A stretch of 61,983 bases of DNA, filler included, from Sanchytrium tribonematis (lineage: Eukaryota): NCBI GenBank assembly GCA_018985235.1. It is 7 parts of 7 records of this genome, joined end to end, with 100 filler letters (N's around TTAATTAATTAA, not from the genome) between each part and the next. Parts side by side here need not be neighbours in the genome. Positions count along the whole stretch, not along the records: positions 1 to 22,232 come from JADGIG010000084.1; 6 more parts are not named here. The stretch is one strand, 5' to 3'. The position numbers and the translations under genes are program-made. Below, piece by piece: positions 11,863 through 22,332 of this stretch (positions are counted from its first letter, which is position 1; each line of letters begins with the position of its first letter). The notes under the pieces are model-generated. The model saw nothing but the letters and a program-made list of their open reading frames with translations. It was not told the DNA's origin and ran no database searches.

Positions 11863-13059
11863 ATGTTTTCGCTTCCTATTGAATTAGTTGATAATATTTT
11901 AGGTTATTTACGAGGCAACGAATTGATGAAAGTGAGATTAGTTTGTAAATCTATAAATCGCTTGGCTTTGAATCGGCTAAATTATCAGGTTTATTTGTAC
12001 GGCGATTTTGATGACATAGTGTGCAGAGTCCAAAATTTGTCAGATCTCTCAGATAAATATAAAACAAATGGAATTAAAAGCTTAGCCGTATGTTCAACTC
12101 AGTTTCAGGGTGAGAATGGTAATTTATTGAACTGCATATTTAATAATACAATGGGGATGAAGCTGAAGAAGCTAATGTTGATGAATCCGAATTTTATCAG
12201 TAATGTGCAGTTGCAGTGTCTACTAATGACTCATCCTTTGGAAGAACTTGATTGCCAACCGTTTATGCTGGATGAAGAAGTTGCATGGATACTAATCAAA
12301 TATGCCCACTCTTTGAAAAATTTATCGTTAAGATTGACCAGCATGCCTCTTCCGACAGTTTTTGCGAAGCTTGCCTCCACAATGACTAATTTAGTTCATT
12401 TGGAATTATATGAAAGCAACATTGAAGTCTGCGAGATTGTTGTATTATTAGAAAGATTTAATTTAGCGTCATTATCATTCAACAAACTCAGAGTATTTGG
12501 CTCGTTGATGAAATCTAGATTTTCAATAGCACAGAAAGTTAAATTACTAAAGGTTGATGAATGTGATATAATAACTGCTGAATTTTACAAATTATTTGAT
12601 CCAGAGAAGCTAATTGTGCGAAATTCTGATATAACAAGTCTTGATTTTAAGTTTTGTAGCAGCATTATGGTCTTGTGCTTGACTGGGACCAATTTAAATT
12701 TCAATCACATATCCAGCTTAAACTTTTGTCCATTAAAGAAGATTCGCATAGGTAATTTACTTTTACCGTTTCGCGGGATTTCTGACGTATTGAAAATACG
12801 GTCTTTAAAATATGCTGAATTCAATGATGTTGGTTGTGAAGATTCTATAGAACAAAATGAATTGGTAGAATGTAAAAATTTGACATATTTACGTATTGGA
12901 AGAATCAACCCTAGACTTCTTAGTATCAGCAATGTCCAAAATTTTGATTTAAATTTCACACTTGTTCTTAGCAAATCAAGTTTTACAGAACCTGTGGAGC
13001 AGGTTGATGAGTGGTATCATAATACGTCATTGCCATCTAATATAATGATCACTCAATAG
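11863..13059 (+). CDS. F-box/LRR protein
   Basis: N-terminal F-box (LPIELVDNILGYL...RLVCK) followed by leucine-rich repeats. Confidence 0.8.
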   Translation: MFSLPIELVDNILGYLRGNELMKVRLVCKSINRLALNRLNYQVYLYGDFDDIVCRVQNLSDLSDKYKTNGIKSLAVCSTQFQGENGNLLNCIFNNTMGMKLKKLMLMNPNFISNVQLQCLLMTHPLEELDCQPFMLDEEVAWILIKYAHSLKNLSLRLTSMPLPTVFAKLASTMTNLVHLELYESNIEVCEIVVLLERFNLASLSFNKLRVFGSLMKSRFSIAQKVKLLKVDECDIITAEFYKLFDPEKLIVRNSDITSLDFKFCSSIMVLCLTGTNLNFNHISSLNFCPLKKIRIGNLLLPFRGISDVLKIRSLKYAEFNDVGCEDSIEQNELVECKNLTYLRIGRINPRLLSISNVQNFDLNFTLVLSKSSFTEPVEQVDEWYHNTSLPSNIMITQ

Positions 13060-13103
13060 AGTTATCAAATAAATATTGTCTGAAAACCATTTTTAAATTT
13101 TGT

Positions 13104-14201
13104 TTATTCGCTATCTGAGCTTTCAGCTGATGATTCTTGATCATTGAGAAAAGAAAGGAAACGCTCTGATTGTTTTCTAACTTGATTGCTTTTTTCCAAA
13201 GAACCAGCAAATTTTTTTGAAGGAGAATTATACCATTTTTTAACTATATCTTTCTTGAGTAATCCTAAATCGTAAAATTGGAGTAAGAAACCTGATGTGC
13301 TTGGCATTAGCTTAGGATTGGTGTTACTTACCAGAATTTCGATTGCTACTAATAAATATTTCTGATTTTTCTTACTGACTTTTTGCTTTTTCATAATCAA
13401 AGTATTCCAAATTTTTTCATGGCTAGGAATCAAATTTTTTTCAATGAATTGAGCATCATTGAGCAGTGTTACAACCGCTGCTATAATCGCATCTTTCCTA
13501 GTGATTTCCAATTGTTTTAGCAAAACCTTGACATCTTGAGTTGCAACTTGTTCCGAAAAAGCCTTAATTGGATCTTGAACTTGAAGCCAAGATGACATGT
13601 TTGTGTCTAAATCAACTCTTCTAGAAGTTGTCCATTCTCCATCATTGTCGTCACTTTCAGACGCTAAATTAATTGCCGTCTCATCAATTTCTAAATCCCC
13701 CATTCCTTCGACTACCTCACCGGTCTCTTCTTCGTCGTAAATTTCTTTATTTTCTGTATCAGGCGGATTCCTTATAATATAAGTTGTAAGTCGATGAGTC
13801 ATGTCTACAGACTCTTTATGGCCACAAGCAACGCAAACTTGATATATTGTAGATTTCTTCTTGCTTCCCTCGACTACTAAATCAGTCTCAGGATTGTCGC
13901 ATTTTGGACATAAAACAAATTTTTTTATAAAGCCACTCAAAATGGTCTGCAATTTTGAAGCGTCATGTTGACCGTTGACAATGTATCTGTCGCTCACTAT
14001 AGTTTGAGACCCAAGTTCAAACCCAAAAAATTTGGTAATGTAATCACTTCTTCTATGAAGAGCTTTGCCGATTTCTTGCATATTTGGAATAACTGTTTTA
14101 ATTCCGTTTCCTCTTCCTTCAGTTTTGCTTTGTATCCTAGGCATTTTATATCTGTAAAAAGCATCATCCACATTGGGATTGACATTAATATTGTCACTCA
14201 T
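13104..14201 (-). CDS. TIF5: Translation initiation factor eIF5
   Basis: DAFYRYKMP, EGRGNGIKT, FVLCPKCDNPET zinc ribbon, W2 C-terminal domain. Confidence 0.95.
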   Translation of the reverse strand: MSDNINVNPNVDDAFYRYKMPRIQSKTEGRGNGIKTVIPNMQEIGKALHRRSDYITKFFGFELGSQTIVSDRYIVNGQHDASKLQTILSGFIKKFVLCPKCDNPETDLVVEGSKKKSTIYQVCVACGHKESVDMTHRLTTYIIRNPPDTENKEIYDEEETGEVVEGMGDLEIDETAINLASESDDNDGEWTTSRRVDLDTNMSSWLQVQDPIKAFSEQVATQDVKVLLKQLEITRKDAIIAAVVTLLNDAQFIEKNLIPSHEKIWNTLIMKKQKVSKKNQKYLLVAIEILVSNTNPKLMPSTSGFLLQFYDLGLLKKDIVKKWYNSPSKKFAGSLEKSNQVRKQSERFLSFLNDQESSAESSDSE

Positions 14202-14242
14202 GTTTAAACGGAGTAATTTGGTACAAACTAAACAGAGGGTAT

Positions 14243-15578
14243 TTATTCATCTAAAAACGGATTAGTTTTGGCGGGAATTATTGGCGGAACAATTGATGCT
14301 TTTGTGGTTTTAGAAATACCAATATCCAAATCTTCAGTCTCGACTTTCATCATCTCGTCTTCAATTATGTCTTGGCCCGCAAAACTTGTAAGCGCCAATT
14401 TGACATCCTGAATTTGCTCAAGAACATGCTGAATATTGTTTTCTAATCTGTTGGCTTGATTTTCGGTTTTGATGAGATCCTCAAGAAGAATTTTTAACAG
14501 ATCAATTTGCTCCGGTAGTAGTATCGAAGGCTGATTATAAACGCCTTCTTGAAGATGTAAAATATTTTGGAGTTTTTGATCCTGTACATGTTGTTTTACG
14601 GTTGACCGTGCTCGATATTCTTCATACAATTCGGTCATGTTCATACTCAATATGGTGATTGGAAATGCCACGACAAGTAACCCTGTAAACATAGTGAGTC
14701 CTCCTATTAGTTTGCCCCAGCTGCTCATTGGAATCATATCACCATAACCAACCTAAATAAGTTATTCATACAGTTGTCAAAGTTACCATTGCCCACCACA
14801 TTGAATGAGGAATAGACTGAAACTCTGACCTTTCGCCTTTCATATCACCGGAAACGTAGTACAATATGCCATTTTGGTCTTTTTGAGAAATAGTTAATTC
14901 CGCAAAATAGACGCAACTTCCATAAAGAAATAAGCAATTAGAAATTAGAAAGCAAAGCATAAGCACGGCATCTCTTGATCTTAAAAGAGCCTCAAAGACC
15001 ATTTTCACTTGAACTGTATGTTGCGATACTTTTAATAGACGGACCATTCTTAATACTCTGGTGAGTCTTATGATTCCTAGCAAAGTACCACTAGTATTTT
15101 CAAAAAATAATGTTAGATAAAAGGGAAGTATTGTAATTAAATCAATTATCCATGAAAATGAAAACAGGTAAGTTGGCAGCCATTTGTATGATGGAAAGAA
15201 TATTATCCTCAAAAAGTACTCTAATGTAAATATGATTGATATGATGATCTCGTTGTACTTCCAAATTGTTTTCTCGAAGGATGTGCTGTTAAGATTCCAG
15301 ACTGTTTCTAGGGAAAAGGATATCGCACACCAAACAATCGTAATTGTCAAAAATAAACTCATTAATTTTCCAGATAAACCAAATTTTGGGTCAGTCAATA
15401 TTGAAAATACCTGTTTTCTGATTCTTAGATGAGTTTCGTCAGTTTGTTGGATTTTAAAGTCAGTAGAATGATTACGAGCTACATCTTTAGGATTAAAAGC
15501 AGATTCCTCTGAAGATATTGAGCTAACACTGCTTCCATTTTTTCTTAGTGAAGAAATAAATGCAGCTTCATAATTCAT
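14243..15578 (-). CDS. Voltage-gated K+ channel (6TM, Shaker-like), paralog 1 (2 exons)
   Basis: S4 RLTRVLRMVRLLK; pore SIPHSMWW...TLTT|VGYGDMIP restored by 19-nt intron 14753-14771 GTATGAATAACTTATTTAG; S6 VAFPI; coiled-coil tail. Confidence 0.92.
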
Positions 15579-15624
15579 ATATATATTGAAACTTACAAGC
15601 CTCGAAAATTGAAACAAAAATTAT

Positions 15625-16909
15625 TTATTCACCGCTTTTAAGATTTGGTTCTGCTTTTATTTCTGAAGAAGCTAGTACTGTTTTTCGGTCTCTATCCAAG
15701 ACCCTTCCTAACAATCCTTGGATGCCAATATTGATATGTTCATGTTGCGCTGACAAAGTCTCAAGTGAGTTCAAGATATCGGATCCTATTTTATCACTTT
15801 TCAGCAGATCTTCTTGAATTTGTCTCAGCTTGTTGGACATTTTCTTCTTAATCAAGGAGTCTTCTGCAACTCCGGAAACCTTCAATCTTAATTTATCTAC
15901 TGGTGAAATGGTTGCAATTTTCGTGACATTTCCCTCGTTCGCATTCTTTTGTTCTTCATACAACTCAGACATATTTATAGAAAGTATTGTAATCGGAAAT
16001 GCAACAACCAGAAGACCGCAAAACATTGTCATTGCGCCAATAAATTTACCCCATCCAGAAGTCGGATACCTACATTAAATATAATTACATGTCTCCGTAT
16101 CCCACAGTAGTTAGGGTTACAATACACCACCACATTGAATGAGGAATGGATTGAAATGCAGATATTGACCCAGAGAGTGGGCCACTATTGTATACCAGAA
16201 AATTTGTTTGAGGATCCATATCTGAAATTCCGGCTTCGGCGTAGTAAACAAAGGAACCAAAGAAAAATAACCCGTTCATTATCAAAAATATAAGCATAGC
16301 AATAGCCTCTCTTGATCTTGATAAGGCTTTCCCAACTAAATGTACCTGTTTCATATTCTTACTAGCCTTGAGTAATCTGAAAATCCTAAAAATTCTAACT
16401 ATACGCACAACCCGTAAAACGGCGGCATTGCTTGAGCCAGAAGATGCCAAGTCTATATAGAAAGGCAATATTGATATCAAATCAATCAACCAAAATGGCT
16501 TAACTAAATATCGAGGAAGTAGTTGCAGCTCTGGAAAAAAGACTATTTTCGTGAAGTAATCGATGCTAAATACAATATTAAAAAACAGCTCAAATCCAGA
16601 GAAGGTATAAGCCTGATCCTCAGTATTGTTCAATGAGTACACGGATTCCAATACAAATTCAAGAACTGAACCTAAAATTATGAGAGACATAGCTATGGAA
16701 TAAAATTTCGCCAAAGCGTTAAAAGATGGGTTTGTCAAGACAGCGTATACGGTTTTTCTAATTTTTTTCAAGTTTGAGTCAGAGGTTTTGGGCAAAAGTT
16801 CAATAGAATATGAGGGTTTTAAATGCGCAGTTTTTTTAACTCCTTCATTCTCTACATTTGGCTTTTTACCGCGTTTTCTGACCAGGTGAATTGCATCATT
16901 GACTCTCAT
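15625..16909 (-). CDS. Voltage-gated K+ channel, paralog 2 (2 exons)
   Basis: S4 RVVRIVRIFRIFRLLK; TVGYGDM|YPTSGWG via 19-nt intron 16070-16088 GTAATTATATTTAATGTAG. Confidence 0.92.
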
Positions 16910-16945
16910 GCCAAGCCACCTTAAAGTAAATTTTAAAGCAAACAA

Positions 16946-17657
16946 TTATTTATTGTAATGATAGTATAATTCAGATACGTCCCATGCCCCAATGAATTTC
17001 CATCCTTCGCGGTCAATATGATATACTAAATTAATAAACTTTACAATTTACACGACCACCACTTGCAGCATCCCTAAATGTGGCATGATATATGGCTCGC
17101 TTTCCCAATTCTAATGCATCTTCTTTAGTCATGTCATATTTGTAGGTAGTGTCAAGAATTCCATATGCAAAAGTGCTACCACTCCCGACACTAAATAGTT
17201 TTCCTTCTAATCTTTGACCATCGTTATCAACATAAAAAATTTGTGGTCCCTTATCATCCCATCCACAGATCATAGTGCCCATGCTCAATCCTTTTCCTTT
17301 ATATTGATATATCATACTACATAATACTTTGCTGGCACCGCAGACGGAAATTCTTTTTCCATACTTTAACTCGTAAGTTCTACAATATTTCCCCAAATTT
17401 CGTTGCCAATAACTGCAATCAGCAGCACCACCGGCCATAGTTCCCAGCAAATAAGGATTGATTCTAATTACTTTGTGCACAGATTGCGAAGCAATATAAC
17501 TTCCAGCAGTTGCACGGGAATCTACTGCCACTACTACTCCGTGTTGGTACGCAAATGCCAAGGTCGTGGTCCCTTTATGCATCTTAGAAGTAATCATGTC
17601 ACAGTTGACATCGTATATTTGTGGTAGTTCTTGTAAATCTGAGTGAACATCTAACAT
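16946..17657 (-). CDS. PRE2: 20S proteasome subunit beta5 (2 exons)
   Basis: Propeptide then [26 protein letters not shown]; 19-nt intron 17026-17044 GTAAAGTTTATTAATTTAG gives [11 protein letters not shown]... Confidence 0.95.
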
Positions 17658-18119
17658 TTAATATAAATGGAACAGGGAGATTAAAAGATTTTCTTTGCCT
17701 TTCAATAAATACGCTGGAAGAAAAGTAATGTTTCTACAGGTTAAAAGATATAATTTTCGGTTCAATAAATTTGTTGTACTCCAATCTGTGTAATCTAATT
17801 GTGACAATTGTAATCAACTTATCCAAAAAATGCGTGAAAGGGGTTACACCTAAAGCGGAAATATTTGTACCAATGATCTGGTTAACATTAATTCGTGCAT
17901 TTTCTATTGATTCTGTTGTTTCTCATCAGGAGTTGGAAATGTATGAAATTTTACTTTGTTGCACTTTAGGTGCGTCATTGAGTCTCATTTACTTAATTTA
18001 TTACTAATTCTATTTTTGTGCTATACTAGTACTTCTTAATTGTATTTGGTTTTACAGCTTATCATTTCAAATTGAAAGCATTTTAAAAACCAAGAAAATC
18101 TTTCTCCTGAAACAGATAT

Positions 18120-19098
18120 ATGGGTCAACTATTAAGCATTTTAAAAACTCCCCCTACGGAATCAATCAATATCAATATTGAGCAGGTTAACCCGAACCCA
18201 AAAGAGCTTAAGTTATATACTGAATTGAATGAATGGATGCAAAGTAGCTCGAAAATTATTCAGCAACTTAAGGAATATAAAGGCTGTGCGTCCTACATTC
18301 AAAAAGCTATTAGCAGTGCGTCCCAGGAGGCAGAACAAGAAGCTTGGCAGCATTTGACACCCAGTGTAGTATTGTTGAAGCAATTTTATGAGTACGCAAT
18401 CAAAATCGAGCAAGCATTACCAAAAGTTTATGATATGCTCTGCTTTGAGGATACGGTTAAAGTCAAAAATATTAGTGAGCAGCTACAAAATTATCAGGCT
18501 TTGACTCGGTGTATGGCTCTTATTATCCATTTTAGTAGTGAGTTTGATGATCTTAAGATGGTAAATCCTACAATTCAAAATGATTTTAGCTACTACAGAA
18601 GAACACTTTCCAGATACAAAGGACAAGACAAAGGTATAGCGCCTGTCGTTAGCGATGAATTGGCTAATCGAATGAGTTTATTTTATGCATACCCAACTCC
18701 AATTTTGAACGTTTTAACTACGGCCACTACTGCATACGTCAATACTAAGGGTGTTCAGACCCAGGTATGCGAGGCTTTAATTAATTTGGCTAAGGTCTGT
18801 TTAATTGCAGTCCAGGAGAACAAGTATTTTGTTTTTATTTAGATTACAAAATCCGGGTGAGAATACGGTTTTTTGCCTAAGAGTTATGGTCACCAGCGTA
18901 GTCTTATTTGACCACATACATCCGAATGGCGTTTTTAAAAGTAGCGACATCAACATTAAAACTGTAATTAAATGCATTCAAACATGTGGTGGAAATCAAG
19001 TAGAACAATTACTTAATGCTTTAAGATTCACTACGAAACATCTGAATGATGCGGATACCAAGAAAGATGTCAAATCTATGTTGGGAGTTGCAACTTAA
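18120..19098 (+). CDS. CYRI/FAM49 (DUF1394) Rac1-interacting protein (2 exons)
   Basis: MGQLLS myristoylation-type start, FDDLKM.NP.IQNDFSYYRR, ANRMSLFYA, LRFTTKHLND; 19-nt intron 18824-18842 GTATTTTGTTTTTATTTAG. Confidence 0.92.
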
Positions 19099-19116
19099 TA
19101 CCAGTAAAATATTTAC

Positions 19117-20236
19117 TTACAGCTGTATGGGGTATTTTGGTAAGGAATTTGAAAGTTTCGAGCTATTTTCTATAGTAGCTCTTACGGATTGGTTACCCAA
19201 AGTATTTGTAATTATCGATATACTATCAATTGACTTGGCCAATAAATTTTTCTCGCCAAGATAATATCGATGTTCAAATGAAATGTCAAGTGGTTTAGTG
19301 GGACTGGGAGATAAAGAATCCATACTACTTATTCTTTCCATTTGTCTTGACGAAGTTATTATATATACACCAATAAATATTGAAGAACATCCAATTAAAA
19401 ATAGAAGCATTTGATTTGTATTTAAACCATCAAAATCATTAAATAATATGGCGCTACTTATAATTGCAAATAGCGTATAAAGAACAAATTGAATCGGTAT
19501 GACCTGTGTGGAATTAAAGCGGCTCATTGCTTTGTTTAAATATCTGATCTGAATCACACCACTTCCCAACAAGACAAATATCACAATATAAGATACCCCA
19601 AATCCAAACATTTTGAAAGAATGAGTTGATAAGAGACTGGAGACCGATTTAGTTGCAAGAACTGTATATCCAGCTAAATAAAATAAAAATACCTGATATA
19701 CCAACAATTGATAAGTCCACAAGAATAAATTGTGGTCCTATTTTTTCATTGAAGCTTACCAAAGCTCCAACTACAAGTAAGGACACTAAAAAATAAATAA
19801 CGAATTTTGTTTGAAAAAGACATTGCATAAGAAGGAATGCATCAATCTGCTGCTCATTGTGCTTTGAAGATATAACAACTAAAATCGCTCCTATTACAGC
19901 GCACAGTACACCTTTCAAGTCTTTCCTCCTGAAAGCTTCCTTAAGGATGAATGGCGCAAAGACTGTATTTGCAATAAGTGCCACAGTACCTAGTGGTGCA
20001 ACGATGGATGCACTGGCAAAGCTGTATGCTATAAAATTACCACATTCTCCTACGATTAATAAACCTAAACCTGCCCACCATATTGGCTCATCTAGATAAC
20101 GATACTCGTTCGATACTTCCGTTTCTTGCAATTTCAGGTGAGCATATTTTTGAAGATTTAAAGCCAAAGATATCACAATGTTACCTAAAATGGCAGTCAA
20201 AATCCCAATCCAACTTGAATAAACTGAACTTCCCAT
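19117..20236 (-). CDS. NIPA-family Mg2+ transporter (2 exons)
   Basis: ALNLQK, WWAG..L..GE.GNF.AY.FA, YLNKAM..F; 19-nt intron 19674-19692 GTATTTTTATTTTATTTAG. Confidence 0.9.
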
Positions 20237-20306
20237 GAAACGGAAATCTCCTGAAGTTCGCCTCAATCATACGAGTCAATGAATTATAAACAAATTGAGC
20301 GATTTA

Positions 20307-21462
20307 TTAGCTTCTTGCAAGTTGATATTCACCCAGCAATGCGTTGACACTCGCTCTCAGATTTGCGTTTTGCTCAAGTACGCTTTTTGTGGAGTCTTTC
20401 AATTTGCTAAGGTTTTCCAAGGCTTTTATCAAATCCTGACTCATCTCCTTTAATATTAGACTCTGCTCGTCCGTCAGCTTGGTCTTGGACGTTGCTTTGT
20501 ATTCATCCAGTGACTTCTCTTTGATTTCCACTAGTTTTTCAGTTCTGTATCGATCATATACTTCCGCCATGTTGATTGAAAGAATTGTTATGGGGAACGC
20601 AACTACTAGAAGCGCTACAAACATGGTAATTGCTCCGAAAGTTTTTCCCCATCCTGAAGTCGGAAACCTACATTAGTATAGTTTACATGTCACCATAGCC
20701 CACTGTAGTCATCGTGACGATAGCCCACCACATGGCATGAGGAATAGACTGAAAGCCACTAGTTGCACCAGCTAGAGGGCCATCGTTGTACACTAACAAT
20801 GAACCTTGATAATCTTCAATTCCTAGTTCTGAAAAATACACAAACGCACCGAAAAATATTAAGCAGTTCAGCAGCATTATAAGCAACATAATTACACCAT
20901 CTATCGACTTTTTGAAGGCCTCAAACATCATATGAACTTGTTTAAGATTTTTGCTAGCCTTAAGAATTCTTAATATTCTAAAGATTCTAACTATACGGAT
21001 AATTCGCAACACCGAAGCATCAGAAGACTGTCCTTGTAAACATAACTCAATATAAAATGGTAAAATTGACAATAGATCAACAATCCAAGCAAAAGAAACC
21101 ATAAATTTTGGCAACTTGTAGTAATTTGGGCAAAAGAGAACTTTTGAAAAATAGTCTATGCTGAATATTATGTTAAAAAACAATTCAAATCCATCAAAAG
21201 TGGCTATTTGATCCTCAGTATTATTCAAGTCGTATACTGTCGAAAGAACCAGCTCGAGCACGGATCCAAATATAATAAATGACATGATTATTGAAATCAC
21301 TTTCGCTGTTTTGCTACAAGTAGGTTCTGTCAAAACTGAAAATATTGTTTTTCTAGTTCTCATTAGAACTGAATCCTCAGTCTTAATCTCGATCTGCTGG
21401 GTCCAAGTTATATCGTCTTTTCTTAAATTGGTCTTGAAAGCGCGTTTTTGAACTAGAGTCAT
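20307..21462 (-). CDS. Voltage-gated K+ channel, paralog 3 (2 exons)
   Basis: S4 RIIRIVRIFRILRILK; TVGYGDM|FPTSGWG via 19-nt intron 20668-20686 GTAAACTATACTAATGTAG. Confidence 0.92.
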
Positions 21463-21554
21463 GTTGAAGCCAAGCCTCAAAATTTATGAGCATTTAAACT
21501 AATTAGTTAGTTAGGTTTCGATTTAATAAGAATGATCCATAGATCAGTAAAGAT

Positions 21555-22232
21555 TTATTGGACTGCGAAGAGACGGTATCTTTTTCCATTAGGAGTCAGC
21601 AAAAATCTGCGATACGAGTCTGTGGACATAAGCCTGAAAGTCAGGTCTTGAACCGCATCAAATGTTGTAAAAGTTATGTGCTTTGACCTTACTTCTTGTC
21701 TCAAAAGCTGGATTGACTTGTAATCAACATTGATTAGACTTGTGGCGTACTCTGCTATAAATTCATCGAAGATATTATTTGCGAATTTTTCGTTCTCTAA
21801 TTTTGACGAAGAATGAAATTGGTGTTTAAATTGCTCTACTTTTTCCCAGAAAATAATGTTCTCAGTGCTAAATTCCTTTGCTAAAAACGATTTAAATTCT
21901 TGTAGCCCAATTGGGTCCTTCAAACAGTCTTTCAGTGGAATAGTATAATTTACATACTTTGTATTGGATCTACTTCTTTGCATTTTGCTTTCTGAATGAT
22001 TACTATCTTGCAAAGTAGATTGCTTGCTTAGGGTAATGGTGGTCTTGCTTAATTCAAATAACGGCAAACCAAATGAAATTATGTTCATGGTAAATGTCAT
22101 TAGAGAAATTATCAAATCTGCCCATTCTTGCTCATAATATCTAAGTACGAAATAGGCTGTTTGAAATATGAGCCAGGCAAAACTTGAGAATAGCAATTCT
22201 TTAAAAATGCCTAATGTTATGCTCACTGTGAA
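21555..22232 (-). CDS. Transmembrane RGS-domain protein (5' truncated at contig end)
   Basis: Two TM helices followed by an RGS domain (FKSFLAKEFSTENIIFW...INVD...FD...M.TDSYRRF). Confidence 0.85.
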   Translation of the reverse strand, partial: FTVSITLGIFKELLFSSFAWLIFQTAYFVLRYYEQEWADLIISLMTFTMNIISFGLPLFELSKTTITLSKQSTLQDSNHSESKMQRSRSNTKYVNYTIPLKDCLKDPIGLQEFKSFLAKEFSTENIIFWEKVEQFKHQFHSSSKLENEKFANNIFDEFIAEYATSLINVDYKSIQLLRQEVRSKHITFTTFDAVQDLTFRLMSTDSYRRFLLTPNGKRYRLFAVQ

Positions 22233-22332
22233 NNNNNNNNNNNNNNNNNNNNNNNNNNNNNNNNNNNNNNNNNNNNTTAATTAATTAANNNNNNNNNNNN
22301 NNNNNNNNNNNNNNNNNNNNNNNNNNNNNNNN
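22233..22332. other. Artificial contig-joining spacer (N44-TTAATTAATTAA-N44); repeated at 25766-25865, 29287-29386, 32796-32895, 36305-36404, 39809-39908
   Basis: Identical 100-nt spacer six times, with stops in all frames. Confidence 0.97.

Noticed and set aside
17658..18119. Unusually long intergenic region with a 78-aa hydrophobic ORF (17771-18007) and a possible 29-nt GT-AG segment (17941-17969)
   Set aside because: No recognisable protein or ncRNA motif, and splicing does not produce a convincing product; left unannotated
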